Part shown: positions 24,446-36,665 of the stretch, in pieces | Layout: every line of letters begins with the position of its first letter | Position numbering within the stretch: the first letter of the stretch is position 1 | Position numbers and translations under genes: made by a program | Source: Laetmonice hystrix | Lineage: Eukaryota | Direction: 5' to 3' | Assembly: GCA_965235115.1 (NCBI GenBank) | Contig: OZ249447.1 | Location: 25,730,001 to 25,794,000 of the forward strand | DNA: 64,000 bases | The notes under the pieces: model-generated | Told to the model about the DNA's origin: nothing | Database searches by the model: none | What the model saw: the letters and a program-made list of their open reading frames with translations, nothing else

Positions 24446-25335
24446 AAGAAAAGTCCACCGCCAGTGTGTACAGGCCAGGCACACAGGCCGTGATGTTCTA
24501 AGCAATTAAAAAAAAAATTGAACACAATTGGTGCTCAAATAGTTAAGATATAAGCACTTTAGTGCCGGAGCCTGCTTAGAACCTACTCCGCTGCTGGTGG
24601 CCGCCATAGCGTCTGCTCCTTGGGCTAATCTCACATTGCGCATGCTCCGACCACTGCTCTCCAGTTTGGGAGGAACGAAAAACTGACGCACCTGTTGCGT
24701 TGAGCGATTCGAAAGGCAGCGTTAACGTTTACAGCTTATAAGCAAAATTTGTTAGAACATAGATGAAAACCATCGATCATAGTGATGAGGAATGGCTAGG
24801 AATTAAGCCTACCGATGTCAGGGGATATATATCAGGGTGGACACGGATCTGGGCAAGCTCCAGCCGTGGGTTTCGGCCGCCTGAATTCAATTCGTCCCGC
24901 TCGGAGATGCGATGTTGACGGAGGTCCACTGCCACTGGGCCGGGGGGCCGGGCCCTGACTCTGACCCGTCACCGCGGGCGGGTGCTGGCAGTGTCAGACT
25001 CCTGTGGTCAGTTCAGCACAGACCTGTTGCGTTTAGTTGTGACTGTGACTGTGGGACTGATCCCCATTGAGTTGCCGACCAGCCTCGGCTGCCTTTACTT
25101 TAGTCTAGTCTAGCCTAGCCCCGGCATGCAATAGATTAGCCCCGGGACGTCACTTCCGGCCAGCCCAATAGCAACAAATGGCTGCGCCGCTGAAGCCAGT
25201 GATTTTGACAGGGTTGTCATGTTCAACTTATGGCTTCTTGGAATAGGGGGACATTTATTTCCAACCACTACTCTGAAAGGTGAGTGTATATAGAGGCCTT
25301 GCAGCTGTCCTGTGATTTTTGACTGGACTTCTCCT
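24446..25335. mobile_element. TTAA-flanked Kolobok/T2-like non-autonomous element, about 890 bp
   Basis: TTAA|AAGAAAAGTCCA (24442-24457) versus TGGACTTCTCCT|TTAA (25324-25339): a 12-bp TIR with 2 mismatches. The GC-rich interior carries GACGTCACTTCCGG and AAATGGCTGC promoter-like motifs. Confidence 0.55.
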
Positions 25336-25339
25336 TTAA

Positions 25340-25790
25340 AGAAATCAGAGAGTATCTCTCATTTCAATGACTGCAAAATGCAGACATGGGCTGTTAGCTT
25401 AGCTAAGGCATTAAGACTACATAAATCAATAAATGTATACCCACAGAAATGGAGAAATCGAATGAGATTCAACATTCCAGTTGCCTGTTGTCGCCATGAA
25501 GCGAACGTCTCATGGCTGGTTGTTGACCTGGCATTAACTTGAACAGCCAATGAAATTCATTGGTCCATCGACTGATGAATTTCATTGACTGTTTTAGCCA
25601 ATGCCAGGTCAACGATTTTTTAAACAACCAGCTTCATAGCGACAACGAGCAACTGGAATGTTGAATTTCAGTAGACCAGTACCTCCATTTCTGTTGGTAA
25701 ACATGTATTTATTTATTTATTCATTTTATCAACCTAGCAACCAATTCTGCATTTTGGAGTCATTAAAATGAGAAATACTCTCTGATTGCT
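25340..25790. mobile_element. Fold-back (palindromic) TTAA MITE, 451 bp, Kolobok/T2-like
   Basis: TTAA|AGAAATCAGAGAGTAT...ATACTCTCTGATTGCT|TTAA. The arms (about 25340-25561 and 25575-25790) are reverse complementary along most of their length around a 14-nt loop. Confidence 0.8.
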
Positions 25791-27287
25791 TTAAGATTGC
25801 AATAAACAACATTAGCAGTATTAATCTTTACAGGTAGAAGTATCGTTTCTAAATTCCATCAATAAAAACAGCCCCCCCCCCCCTCGATGACGGTAACAGA
25901 CGGAAATAGCCGAGTAGTCCCGAGTAGTAGAGGAGGACGGACCCAGTGACTGAGTGCTGACAGGAACCAGTCACTTGCTGTCGGATCCTATAGAGAGAGA
26001 GAGGGTCAGGTCTCAGCGGTCCAGCTGATGATCGGTGGGTGGGGGTCGTGGTTGGATCGTTGGCCCAGATGATGGGTACTAGATGATTGACAGGTCCCAG
26101 TGCGCCCTCACAGTGAGTCCATCCCCAGGGGGAGCGCAATGTAATATTGGTTCGGGTGTGATCAAAGCCAGGCAATGAAAAACTGAAATAGGACTTCACG
26201 CTTGCTACGCCACCCCCATGAGCGTCCCAGGGGGTAGAGAGCTGGGCAATAGGATTTACCCCTTGTATACCAGTGGATGCTGGTATTACTCTACGTCTAG
26301 GGGGTGTTGGCTGGATACCCCACCCATCACGGAGGTTGGAGGGGCTGACAACTATTTACTTCTCGTCTAATCGGAAGCGTACACCGGACAGCTATCACAT
26401 CGTCTACCAGATGCTACGACAGCAGACGATAGCTTACCGACGGGCGGGCATTAAGACGATCTGTGCCGTGATGCGGGGCCTTATCTCCCGCCGCCTGTCC
26501 ACCCGGGCCCGGGTCCGGTCTGCACACAGCCACCTATAACGAGTTGACCCCCCGGCATGGCCGCCCAGGGTGGGCCGCTCAGAATCCATTGTGTGCTTGC
26601 CGTGATAAACATGCTATCGGATGAGCTTTTCCTGCAGACAACCTTCGACCCGAGTCTGACGCATGCTACAAACAAACCAGTAACGAAGACCATTTATTCG
26701 ATATTCCCTGACACCCCCTTCCCTCCACCCCCACCCCCACCCCCCGACACAGAGCCCCTCGTGGTGAATGATCGGCTCTGTCTGGGGTGGAAAGGGTTGA
26801 AGGTGATCATAAGCAGCGATCGACCAAGGTGGCAACTTTAGTGATCCGCTAATCGCAGCCGCTGCCACTCGTTCCTTGTTCCATCATACCAATGTCTATT
26901 AGACCACAATAATCGTTTCATCAGGCTGGCACTTGGCACCATGCAGTTGCTCGCTACCATACTGAGAAATGAACTCCGACCCCTGCGAAATGCCAATGCC
27001 CTGATATAGACTATACAGGCCGGTTGTCCAGCCTTGAGAAGCTCATCAAACACTTGATTGGCGGGGATGATTGAGCTGGCATTGTTAGCATGATGAAGGG
27101 AAACCGTTGTCAGGTTGGCCAGCCCAGTCCGAGTGGAGGTCGGTAAGAACCTTACTGTGTCCGTGGCTGAGTGCCTCCAGTGTGTTCACCCTGGAGGACA
27201 GACAAAGGTCTGTTTACTTGAGTCGGTCAAACGGCCCGCCTCCACATCCTTCAGCCTCTATTAGATCCCACAACAGGTCGCGCATTG

Positions 27288-27530
27288 ATCACCACACACC
27301 CAAACCCACACCCACACCCACACCAAAACCCAATCCACACCCACACCTCAACCCACACCCACACCCAACCCCCACACTCAACCCCCCACCCCCCACACAC
27401 CCACACCCAACCCCACACACCCACCCAAACCCACACCCACACCCAAACCCACGCCCACCCACACACCCACACCACACCCCACACCCACACCCCAACCCAA
27501 CCCACACCCACACCCCAACCCACACACTCA
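27288..27530. repeat. (CCCACA/CCCAAA)n low-complexity repeat
   Basis: A/C-only hexamer-like tract. It explains the His/Pro/Thr-rich and Val/Gly/Trp-rich ORFs. Confidence 0.9.
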
Positions 27531-28865
27531 ACCATCGCGATCCTTACATGAAGTGAGCGTGAGATGAAAAATGTCTAACCCAGCAGTATTTGAATGGTCC
27601 AAGCCTCTGACTGCTGATTGCTTGCTGCAGCATCGGAGGTTTCCCCGGATACTCCGATATCTCCCACCCTTTAAACTGACAATCTGACCGGCCCTGTAAG
27701 TATGACCGTGGCTACAGCTGAGACTTGAACTCCTCATCCCAATGCCAATCGGAAATTCCTGGTTCAAGTCGAGGTAATAATTGTCGTACTTTAAGGATTC
27801 GGTGAGATTTCTACCCGTGCCATCAGCGCGGGTACAGAGCAGCTGGACCTGCAATTCACTCTCTCAGATCTGAGAAACGGATGGCTAAAAGAAAATCAAA
27901 CATTCATCAGAAACTGGCTATCCCAAGCTCATTTCAAATATTTGATCAACTTTTCACGGCGTTACATGAGAGCCGAAGGGTCCGTAGAAGACTCTTCCCG
28001 ACTCTTTTGATGTGCTCAGATCGCCCTTGAACTGCCTATACAGAGCGGACAATATGATTCAACATATAGACCGCCGTGTGTCCCTCAACAGTTTTGTGAT
28101 GTGACGATAAGAACACCCCTTCCTCGGCACGAAACTGCGCGTCCCTAGCGAGATAAGGGAACGCGGCGTGGGAGCGGGTTCCCGACGAGCCGTCTACCCG
28201 ACCGTATGTCCTCCATAGGAAGGCCTTCATGTATCAACGCTAAAAAAGAGGGATGGCAAATTACATTGTGCTGGGCCGAGGACCAGTTGGGCGCATGGAT
28301 GAATGACGTGGCACGGGGAGATATTAATCGATGTTGACTAGCGCCTGTGAATGCCACTGTTTGCTGACTTGTCGTATGAAGGAAATATTGTCAGAACTGA
28401 TTATTTCTTCGTATAAAGTTTCGCTTCTTTCCATCAGTTGCAATATTAGGAGACAGTCCGTTCTCTTTGTCTGCGCCACTGGTTATTGAAACCGGTGGAC
28501 CTTACATGCATGGTGGCCTACTTTATAGCGCCATATGCAGCATTAGATTATCCTGTGAGGAAAAACTCCCATTAAAGTGATAATTTCTTGGTATTTTTAC
28601 CTTTTGCTGTTTGCCAGGTTCGTGGTGTATTCATTATGCCAGATTGCCGGTTATTAACACGTAGCTCTCCCTACCAATACGACTCGGACCATACGTCGAC
28701 ACGTTTTCTACCACCCTTTCACTTATCCTATGACCTATATGTCATTGTGATGTTTTCTTTTGGTGGTTCGGCTCGAATCGAAGGGGAGGCGGTGAAATCA
28801 TCTCAAGATATCTCCGAAAGGATGAAAAATAATGTCATATGTTTTTGTAAATAAGAAAAACACTG

Positions 28866-29225
28866 ACTCTCTCTCTCTCTCGCTCTATATCTCTTGCTCT
28901 CGCGCGCGCTCTCTCTCTCCTATCTCGCTCTCTCTCCCTCCCCCTGTCTCCCTATGTTGCTCTGTCTCTCCCTATCTCGCTCTCGCCCTACCGCCCCCTC
29001 TCTCTCTCCCTATGTCGCCCTCTCTCTCCCTATCTCGCTCTCTCCCTATGTCGCTCTCTCTCCCTATCTCGCTCTCTCCCTACCTTCCCCCCTCTCTCTC
29101 TCCCTATGTCGCTCTGTCTCTCCCTATCTCGCTCTCTCCCTACCTTCCCCCCTCTCTCTCCCTATGTCGCTCTCTCTCTCTCTCTCTCCCTATCTCGCTC
29201 TCTCCCTACCTCCCCCCTCTCTCTC
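28866..29225. repeat. CT-rich compound microsatellite/minisatellite
   Basis: (CT)n runs interleaved with recurring CCCTATCTCGCT and CCCTATGTCGCT modules. Confidence 0.9.
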
Positions 29226-29732
29226 AAAATGATGATGATGGAATGGGGAAAACAACGGCTCGCCACACAGATAGACGCCTACCACTATGGTTCTCCTCGA
29301 CCATCTTCTGATGTCGGGCTGTATAAACCTCATATCCTGTTAAGTGACGCCCATATATTTACGTTTAGCTTTTTGGCGCCTTCTGACATATACGACATTG
29401 GACTGACTTGATGGCCATGTTCATTTCCTTTTTAGCCGGAATGGCAGACGATAGATCCGGCCCTGTAATTGATGGCCGTGCTCTCCTCATATAATATAGT
29501 TGCCACGCGTCTTAAGTAAAGGATCCCTTCCTAGTTTTTGATACTTTTTCGGATATATTCTTAAGTCAAGCGACGCTCGGATGGTTTTCTTGCCGCTACT
29601 TCATGCTACACGTTGTGTACAGACTGATGTAAGTTTGGTTAGTGGAGACTGTCTTGTTTGATTTTCTAACAAAAAACATAGCAGGAGAGGAGACGAGCGA
29701 GAGGGGAGTTCCAAAGTCGTGCACTCTTATTT

Positions 29733-31530
29733 TACGCCTTGTTCCTATTCTTTCCATGGTCGAGATTTTGTGTGTCTGATCCTTGCGCCTTGTTCCTTAT
29801 ACTACTCATGGTTGAATGGTCGACATTAGTGTACCTGAGCTTTACGCCTTGTTCCTTATACTACTCATGGTCGTAATTTAGTGTACCTGAGCTTTACGCC
29901 TTGTTCCCTATACTACTCATGGTCATAATTTAGTGTACCTGAACCTTACGCCTTGTTCCCTATACTACTCATTGTCGCACTTTAGTGTAGGCCTACCTGA
30001 GCCTTGCACCTTGTTCCCTATACTACTCATGGTCATAATTTAGTGTACCTGAGCTTTACGCCTTGTTCCCTATACTACTCATGGTCGTAATTTAGTGTAC
30101 CTGAGCTTTACGCCTTGTTCCCTATACTACTCATGGTCATAATTTAGTGTACCTGAGCCTTACGCCTTGTTCCCTATACTACTCATTGTCGCACTTTAGT
30201 GTAGGCCTACCTGAGCCTTGCGCCTTGTTCCCTATACTACTCATGGTCGTAATTTAGTGTACCTGAGCTTTACGCCTTGTTCCCTATACTACTCATGGTC
30301 GTAATTTAGTGTACCTGAGCCTTACGCCTTGTTCCCTATACTACTCATTGTCGCACTTTAGTGTAGGCCTACCTGAGCCTTGCGCCTTGTTCCCTATACT
30401 ACTCATGGTCGTAATTTAGTGTACCTGAGCTTTACGCCTTGTTCCCTATACTACTCATGGTCGTAATTTAGTGTACCTGAGCCTTACGCCTTGTTCCCTA
30501 TACTACTCATTGTCGCACTTTAGTGTAGGCCTACCTGAGCCTTGCGCCTTGTTCCCTATACTACTCATGGTTGTAATTTAGTGTACCTGAGCTTTACGCC
30601 TTGTTCCCTATACTACTCATGGTCGTAATTTAGTGTACCTGAGCATTGCGCCTTGTTCCCTATACTACTCATGGTCGTAATTTAGTGTGTCTAAGCCTTG
30701 CACCTTGTTCCCTATACTACTCATGGTCATAATTTAGTGTACCTGAGCCTTACGCCTTGTTCCCTATACTACTCATTGTCGCACTTTAGTGTAGGCCTAC
30801 CTGAGCCTTGCGCCTTGTTCCCTATACTACTCATGGTCGTAATTTAGTGTACCTGAGCTTTACGCCTTGTTCCCTATACTACTCATGGTCGTAATTTAGT
30901 GTACCTGAGCCTTACGCCTTGTTCCCTATACTACTCATTGTCGCACTTTAGTGTAGGCCTACCTGAGCCTTGCGCCTTGTTCCCTATACTACTCATGGTC
31001 GTAATTTAGTGTACCTGAGCTTTACGCCTTGTTCCCTATACTACTCATGGTCGTAATTTAGTGTACCTGAGCCTTACGCCTTGTTCTCTATACTACTCAT
31101 TGTCGCACTTTAGTGTAGGCCTACCTGAGCCTTGCGCCTTGTTCCCTATACTACTCATGGTCGTAATTTAGTGTACCTGAGCTTTACGCCTTGTTCCCTA
31201 TACTACTCATGGTCGTAATTTAGTGTACCTGAGCATTGCGCCTTGTTCCCTATACTACTCATGGTCGTAATTTAGTGTACCTGAGCATTGCGCCTTGTTC
31301 CCTATACTACTCATGGTCGTAATTTAGTGTACCTGAGCATTGCGCCTTGTTCCCTATACTACTCATGGTCGTAATTTAGTGTACCTGAGCATTGCGCCTT
31401 GTTCCCTATACTACTCATGGTCGTAATTTAGTGTACCTGAGCATTGCGCCTTGTTCCCTATACTACTCATGGTCGTAATTTAGTGTGTCTAAGCCTTGCG
31501 CCTTGTTCCCGATACTGCTCATAGCCGTAA
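29733..31530. repeat. 52/58-bp minisatellite (about 33 units) with a 162-bp higher-order repeat
   Basis: Unit A (52 bp) is CCTTGTTCCCTATACTACTCATGGTCGTAATTTAGTGTACCTGAGCTTTACG. Unit B (58 bp) carries ATTGTCGCAC and a GGCCTA insertion. B units recur at about 30185, 30347, 30509 and 30775, 30937, 31099. Confidence 0.97.
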
Positions 31531-33718
31531 TTCTGTCCTCTTATAGAAGAGGGGTGGCTCTCCGACCTAGATCTATAGTCATCCCGAGAGGACTCGTGGC
31601 ATGAACATGGAAGTCTAGCTCTACTGTCGGTTCTTCCTCCCTGTAAACCAGCCATCTTACTAAGTAACACCCTCCTGTGGCAGTCAGCTCAAAGAGGCAT
31701 CTAAGCTTGGCAATTACCGTGCGGTGAAACACTAAATATGCATTCAAAACTGTCCCAGCTTTAAATTTTGATAGAGTCGAGATAATTACGCTACATGATG
31801 AGGTTGTGTGGCCATTATCAACCCTAATATTCGGTAATATTAGCGGAACCGACCATTACGTGTGTTTATACGAATGAGTGGATGGCAATCGTCTCAGCCA
31901 CCGTCCACCAAGGCCCAGGCCCGACCCTGGCCTTATGTAAACAAGGCTTTGTCGCCAGATTAACCTAAATCTATTATTATGTGTGCGCGGAACTGTGATA
32001 ACTCTAACTAGGGGCCGTGACAACGTGTATCTCAATCTCAAACACCAGTGACTGCCTCCAAACAGCTCCAAGACATGTGGCTCTTCATAGTGACAAAGGT
32101 AAGGAAGGTTTGACAGCGTTAGTGTTAACAGGCAGATTAAGAACAAAGGAGAGCTGGATTGGGGTTCCAAACTATCTCGACATGTTAATTGGGTACGGAT
32201 TACAAGTATGACACATGAAGGAGCGACAAATTAAATGACACGACACATTAAAGGAAATTTAGATCAAAGGGAGCTATACCACCGCAATACACTAAGTGAA
32301 AGTAGGATGAAAGGTGGATTGAATGCCTGAACGAACTGAGGAGTGCTATTCACACTTTCATGACCCCCTCAAAAAATACTCAATACTTAGGGAACAATGA
32401 TTTATTATTGATTCAAACATTGTTGAGACTGCGCGCTCTCTCTCTTTATCTTTCTCTATCTCTCTCTATATCTTTCTCTCCACCTCTCTATCTATTTATC
32501 TATCTCTCTTGGTTTTCTGGCGAGCAGTTTGATTCATCTCTCTGACATACTGAGTGACCCTACCACAAATAGAACGCCAATCGCACATTTATATTCTTTA
32601 AATCAGAATAAAACAGGACTAATAGGTTCTCCGTCTCTCGACCATCCCAACGTTTGATCCTTAAAACCCCAGAGGTTTTCTCTGTCGAGACGTCTCATCG
32701 TTCGAGCCTGGCTGTTAAATACCCGTATAAGGTCTTCCATGTTGTACTTTGAATTCCAACGACTTGCCGACATTACCCAATTACCGGCTGTCTCCTAGAA
32801 CTGGCCCATTACCCCGCGGTGTCGGGAGAAGATAAAGGAGATAGGTTTGGCCGTCTCCAGCAAATGTCGCCATACGATCGTATTAGTGCGTGTGATTAAC
32901 ACATATCGAAGTGGCGCCACCGTCGTCAAGGTAAGGCTGCCCGTCCCAGAGATAGGTCAGGTGGGTTTTTGTTACCTGTCGGGGTATACTGTGTCGTATG
33001 TGTGTACCCGTGGGACTAGGATTAACCCTTTCAATATTTTCTCTCTTTGACTTTCAAAGAGGAAACGGGGAAAGGTCACCAGTTTTTTTGTATTTGCCAA
33101 CAAAGAAAGCCAGCGCCTCTCTACAAAAAAACCCGATCCATATATAGCGACGCATCTTTGCATTGTGTCACAGATGCATGTCATTTCGATCCTACTTCAG
33201 AACGAGCGTGCACTATAGCCATTATGTACCTCGATGTATGTCCAGAGTGTGGGGTCCGTACATTGGAGGAGAGAAAAACGACAGAATTCTGTGGAACCTC
33301 CAGGTAGATAATGGTGTTCTTCCTTCAACCCGACTATCCAGTACCATCTCCGACCTCGGGGCTAGCCTATCACTATGAGTTACAGTGATATTGAGACGTA
33401 AGTAAAGATAGGGTCGTCCACAGGACTCGCTGCCAGGTGCACCAGGGTCATGGTGCATCAATGTATGATGCACCAAGTTTATGGGGCGCACGGGTTGCAC
33501 CTTGAGATCGGCACCTTTCAGATGAAGATGCCAGCGTTCGGCAGGGCAGGTGCTTGTTTTATCGATCAGTTTTACCAACGGCACTAATGGGGGGGGGGGT
33601 TACATTAACCCTATAACCCTTCTGGTGAAGATTGAAGTATCTTTTCCCTCCTTTTTACCCCCCCCCCCCCTCCTTTTTTTCTTTTCCTCCCTGCGGGAAT
33701 AGCTTTCAGCTTTAGGCA

Positions 33719-34261
33719 TACTGTGATAGGTAGCATGGATACGGCACTAGTATACTTGTACCACCACTGTGATAGGTAGCAGGAACCAGCACTGTGAAAG
33801 GTAGCAGGGATACGACGGCCTAGTACTTATACCAGCACTGTGATAGGTAGCAGGGATACGACGGTACTAGTACTTCAAGGACAACAGTTATAGGTAGAAT
33901 GGATACGACGGCACTAGTACTTTAAGGACAACAGTTATCTGGATACGACGGCACTAGTACTTTAAGGACAACAGTTATAGGTAGAATGGATACGACGGCA
34001 CTAGTACTTTAAGGACAACAGTTATAGGTAGAATGGATACGACGGCACTAGTACTTTAAGCACAACAGTTATAGGTAGAATGGATACGGCGGCACTGGTA
34101 CTTTAAGCACAACAGTTATAGGTAGAATGGATACGACGGCACTAGTACTTTAAGCACAACAGTTATCTGGATACGACGGCACTAGTACTTTAAGGACAAC
34201 AGTTATAGGTAGAATGGATACGACGGCACTAGTACTTTAAGCACCACTGTGATAGGTAGCA
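33719..34261. repeat. 47-bp minisatellite with a 40-bp deletion variant
   Basis: Unit GGATACGACGGCACTAGTACTTTAAGGACAACAGTTATAGGTAGAAT. The 40-bp variants start at 33901 and 34129, and diverged units sit at both edges. Confidence 0.95.
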
Positions 34262-36376
34262 CGAAGGCGCCCGTGCGACCACTTAGAGCCCCGTGAGACT
34301 GTCGCCTGGGTTGCCCAGGCACTCGATTGGAGGCTGCCGGTCGCTATGTTATTAAGGCACCTGCTTTATAATCCCAGTTATTCGTTCGTGATTCGGCCTG
34401 AGACATCTTAGGAGCGGTCGCCGTTATTTATGAGGATGTGGGCCGAGTTGGCGAGAGCGCCTGTCATGACACGACCGCTAACCATCTTGTACCGGTACAA
34501 CCACTAATTCCAGAACCAACCGCTCACCCACCCCAGCAGAGTGCACCCATTCCATCGGATCCGTCAAAACTTTTATATATTACTGAACCGACCGCCTCCT
34601 CTTGGCTTGCCAGTAATCTTCAGCCCTTTCTGACCCCGATGATTCTGTCCTGAAGTGACCTTTGCACCCCGCGGGCCGGGGGTGTCGTGTAAGGTAGGGT
34701 CAGATTTAGGGGGACATAAACACTGATTTCAATTTGTGCGGCGTGTGGCTTCTCAACGGATGACGGCCTGAACGGTGTCAGCGGTGATGCTCGTTCGTAA
34801 CGTCATTAGGTTCAGACGTCCACGCCAGGCTCATGTGGCGAACTGGTCAACATCCATCGCCGGCTGTTCCCATCGGCAACCGCAACCCCGCCAAGCCTTT
34901 CATGTTCTCCGACTCGCTGTCCCAGGATCAAAGGGCACATTGTCAAGCAGCCAGTTCGTGGGGCCAAATAGACAACCCCGCCCGTGTACGGACCATCGGC
35001 CGCACAGCTGGGGTCTTAGATCGGTTCATCGCACGATCGTCCTTCTCATGAAAAGGGACACTCACATCTCGAACTTTGCTGACTGCAAACTGCCAATCTT
35101 TCCTTGGCGAGATGATCAGAAGGTCGGGGGGAAAGGACCGCGAGTTCAAGGTGTGACTCTACTTTTCTTCCAATTTATTGAATATGTGATTCCATGAAGC
35201 ACATAACAGACAACCCTCTGTGGTGAATGTAATTTCCCAAGGCGGTCCTTGTGAAAGATGTTTGGTGTTCTGAAGCGATAAATAAACCCATGATCCCACC
35301 AATCGAGTTTCCCGTGAGTAGTATACTCAATAAGGCGCCTTACTCAGGAACTTTACGAAACAAGCTCATCGCTATCTACAACGTGTCAGTGTATTTTATT
35401 ATTTTATCAACTTTACAATCGCCTATACCCCCTGTTCTCTCCCTTGCCTTTAAAATATATCAAACAACTGAGCTGGCCTATGATAACATGGCCTATAGTG
35501 GTATTGCCATTTTGACGATTTGAGCTTAAAGTCGGAGAGGGTGTTATAGAGACGTCAGAATGATATATCAGGTATAAGTGTCTCATAGTACTTTAATCTA
35601 TGCGGGAGAAACTGAGAGACATATTGACTCTTCTTTAAGTGGATGCCGGCTCCTTCCTACATAAATGGGAATATATAAAGAATACTACCAGCGGTACTTG
35701 AGTACGCTAGATCCAAGTCCGGGATAGGAAGATCGTTGATTTCATTACAACCACGGTCCGTCCTTCATCGATAAAACAGAATTACCAGAATCGATGCTGA
35801 CAAGGATATTGATGATCCGCTGCGGTGGCTCTCAGACAAATGTCTTGCGGAAGAGACGTTAGGATTCCGCACCGGTGAATTTTAGCATTAATGAGAAAAT
35901 TACGAGTTCTCCCCTGTCGAAATAATTTCCCTCGGGGAGGCGGGAGTGGAGCTTTTCGTCGGCTTTCAACTTCCAACTTTTACCATCACCTGGAGCGGTC
36001 GGTGGGCGGTTTCCATTAATTGATATAACACTTCTACGCTCGACACTTTTCCTAATTAGGACTCATTAGGTTTCCGTAAATCAGGGCCTTCCACCGAAGA
36101 TCGTAGTCGTGGTATCCATCGTATAGTGACGTCATTCGCGTGCAGACGTCACACTTTAACTACAGCTGTGGCGCCTAGCGACACTCGTAATCCCTCTCTA
36201 ATCAATGTACGTGGGACCATTGCAAAAACGTGTAATACTGTGTCCTAGGGTTCATGTACGCCAATATAAACCTATGTCGATACATGCTAAGATACATGTT
36301 GGCTCGGGGGTATACGCTTCTCGGAAACCTATTCAGAGTTGTAACAATAGGACTTATCTAACTGCGGGCATAAGTA

Positions 36377-36665
36377 CAGGGTGACCCAAAAAAATACACC
36401 CGACGGTGACACCGCGTGAGAAATGTGTGCGTGTGATGGACAACTTCGCCCTCAGAATCCAAGTGTGCTTACAACGCCGTGGGGGACATTTGGAGCATAT
36501 TTTTAACAGGGCATAAAATCCGAAACAGGAATTGGAATTGACTAAAACTGTGCCAGGACATTAGGCATATATTATAGTTAAGGCATGTCAAATCTGAACA
36601 AATTCTATGGAGAGTTACAGATTTTAGAAGGCTTAGTATGGGTTCCGTTTTTTTGGGTCACCCTG
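36377..36665. mobile_element. Tc1/mariner-type MITE, 289 bp
   Basis: TA|CAGGGTGACCCAAAAAAA...TTTTTTTGGGTCACCCTG|TA: TIR of at least 18 bp with a TA TSD. Confidence 0.85.

Noticed and set aside
34900-35100. CR1 RT remnant (AVPGS...HISNFADCKL)
   Set aside because: Spacing between the putative PQGS and FADD motifs is about 50 aa instead of about 30, and the key residues are missing.
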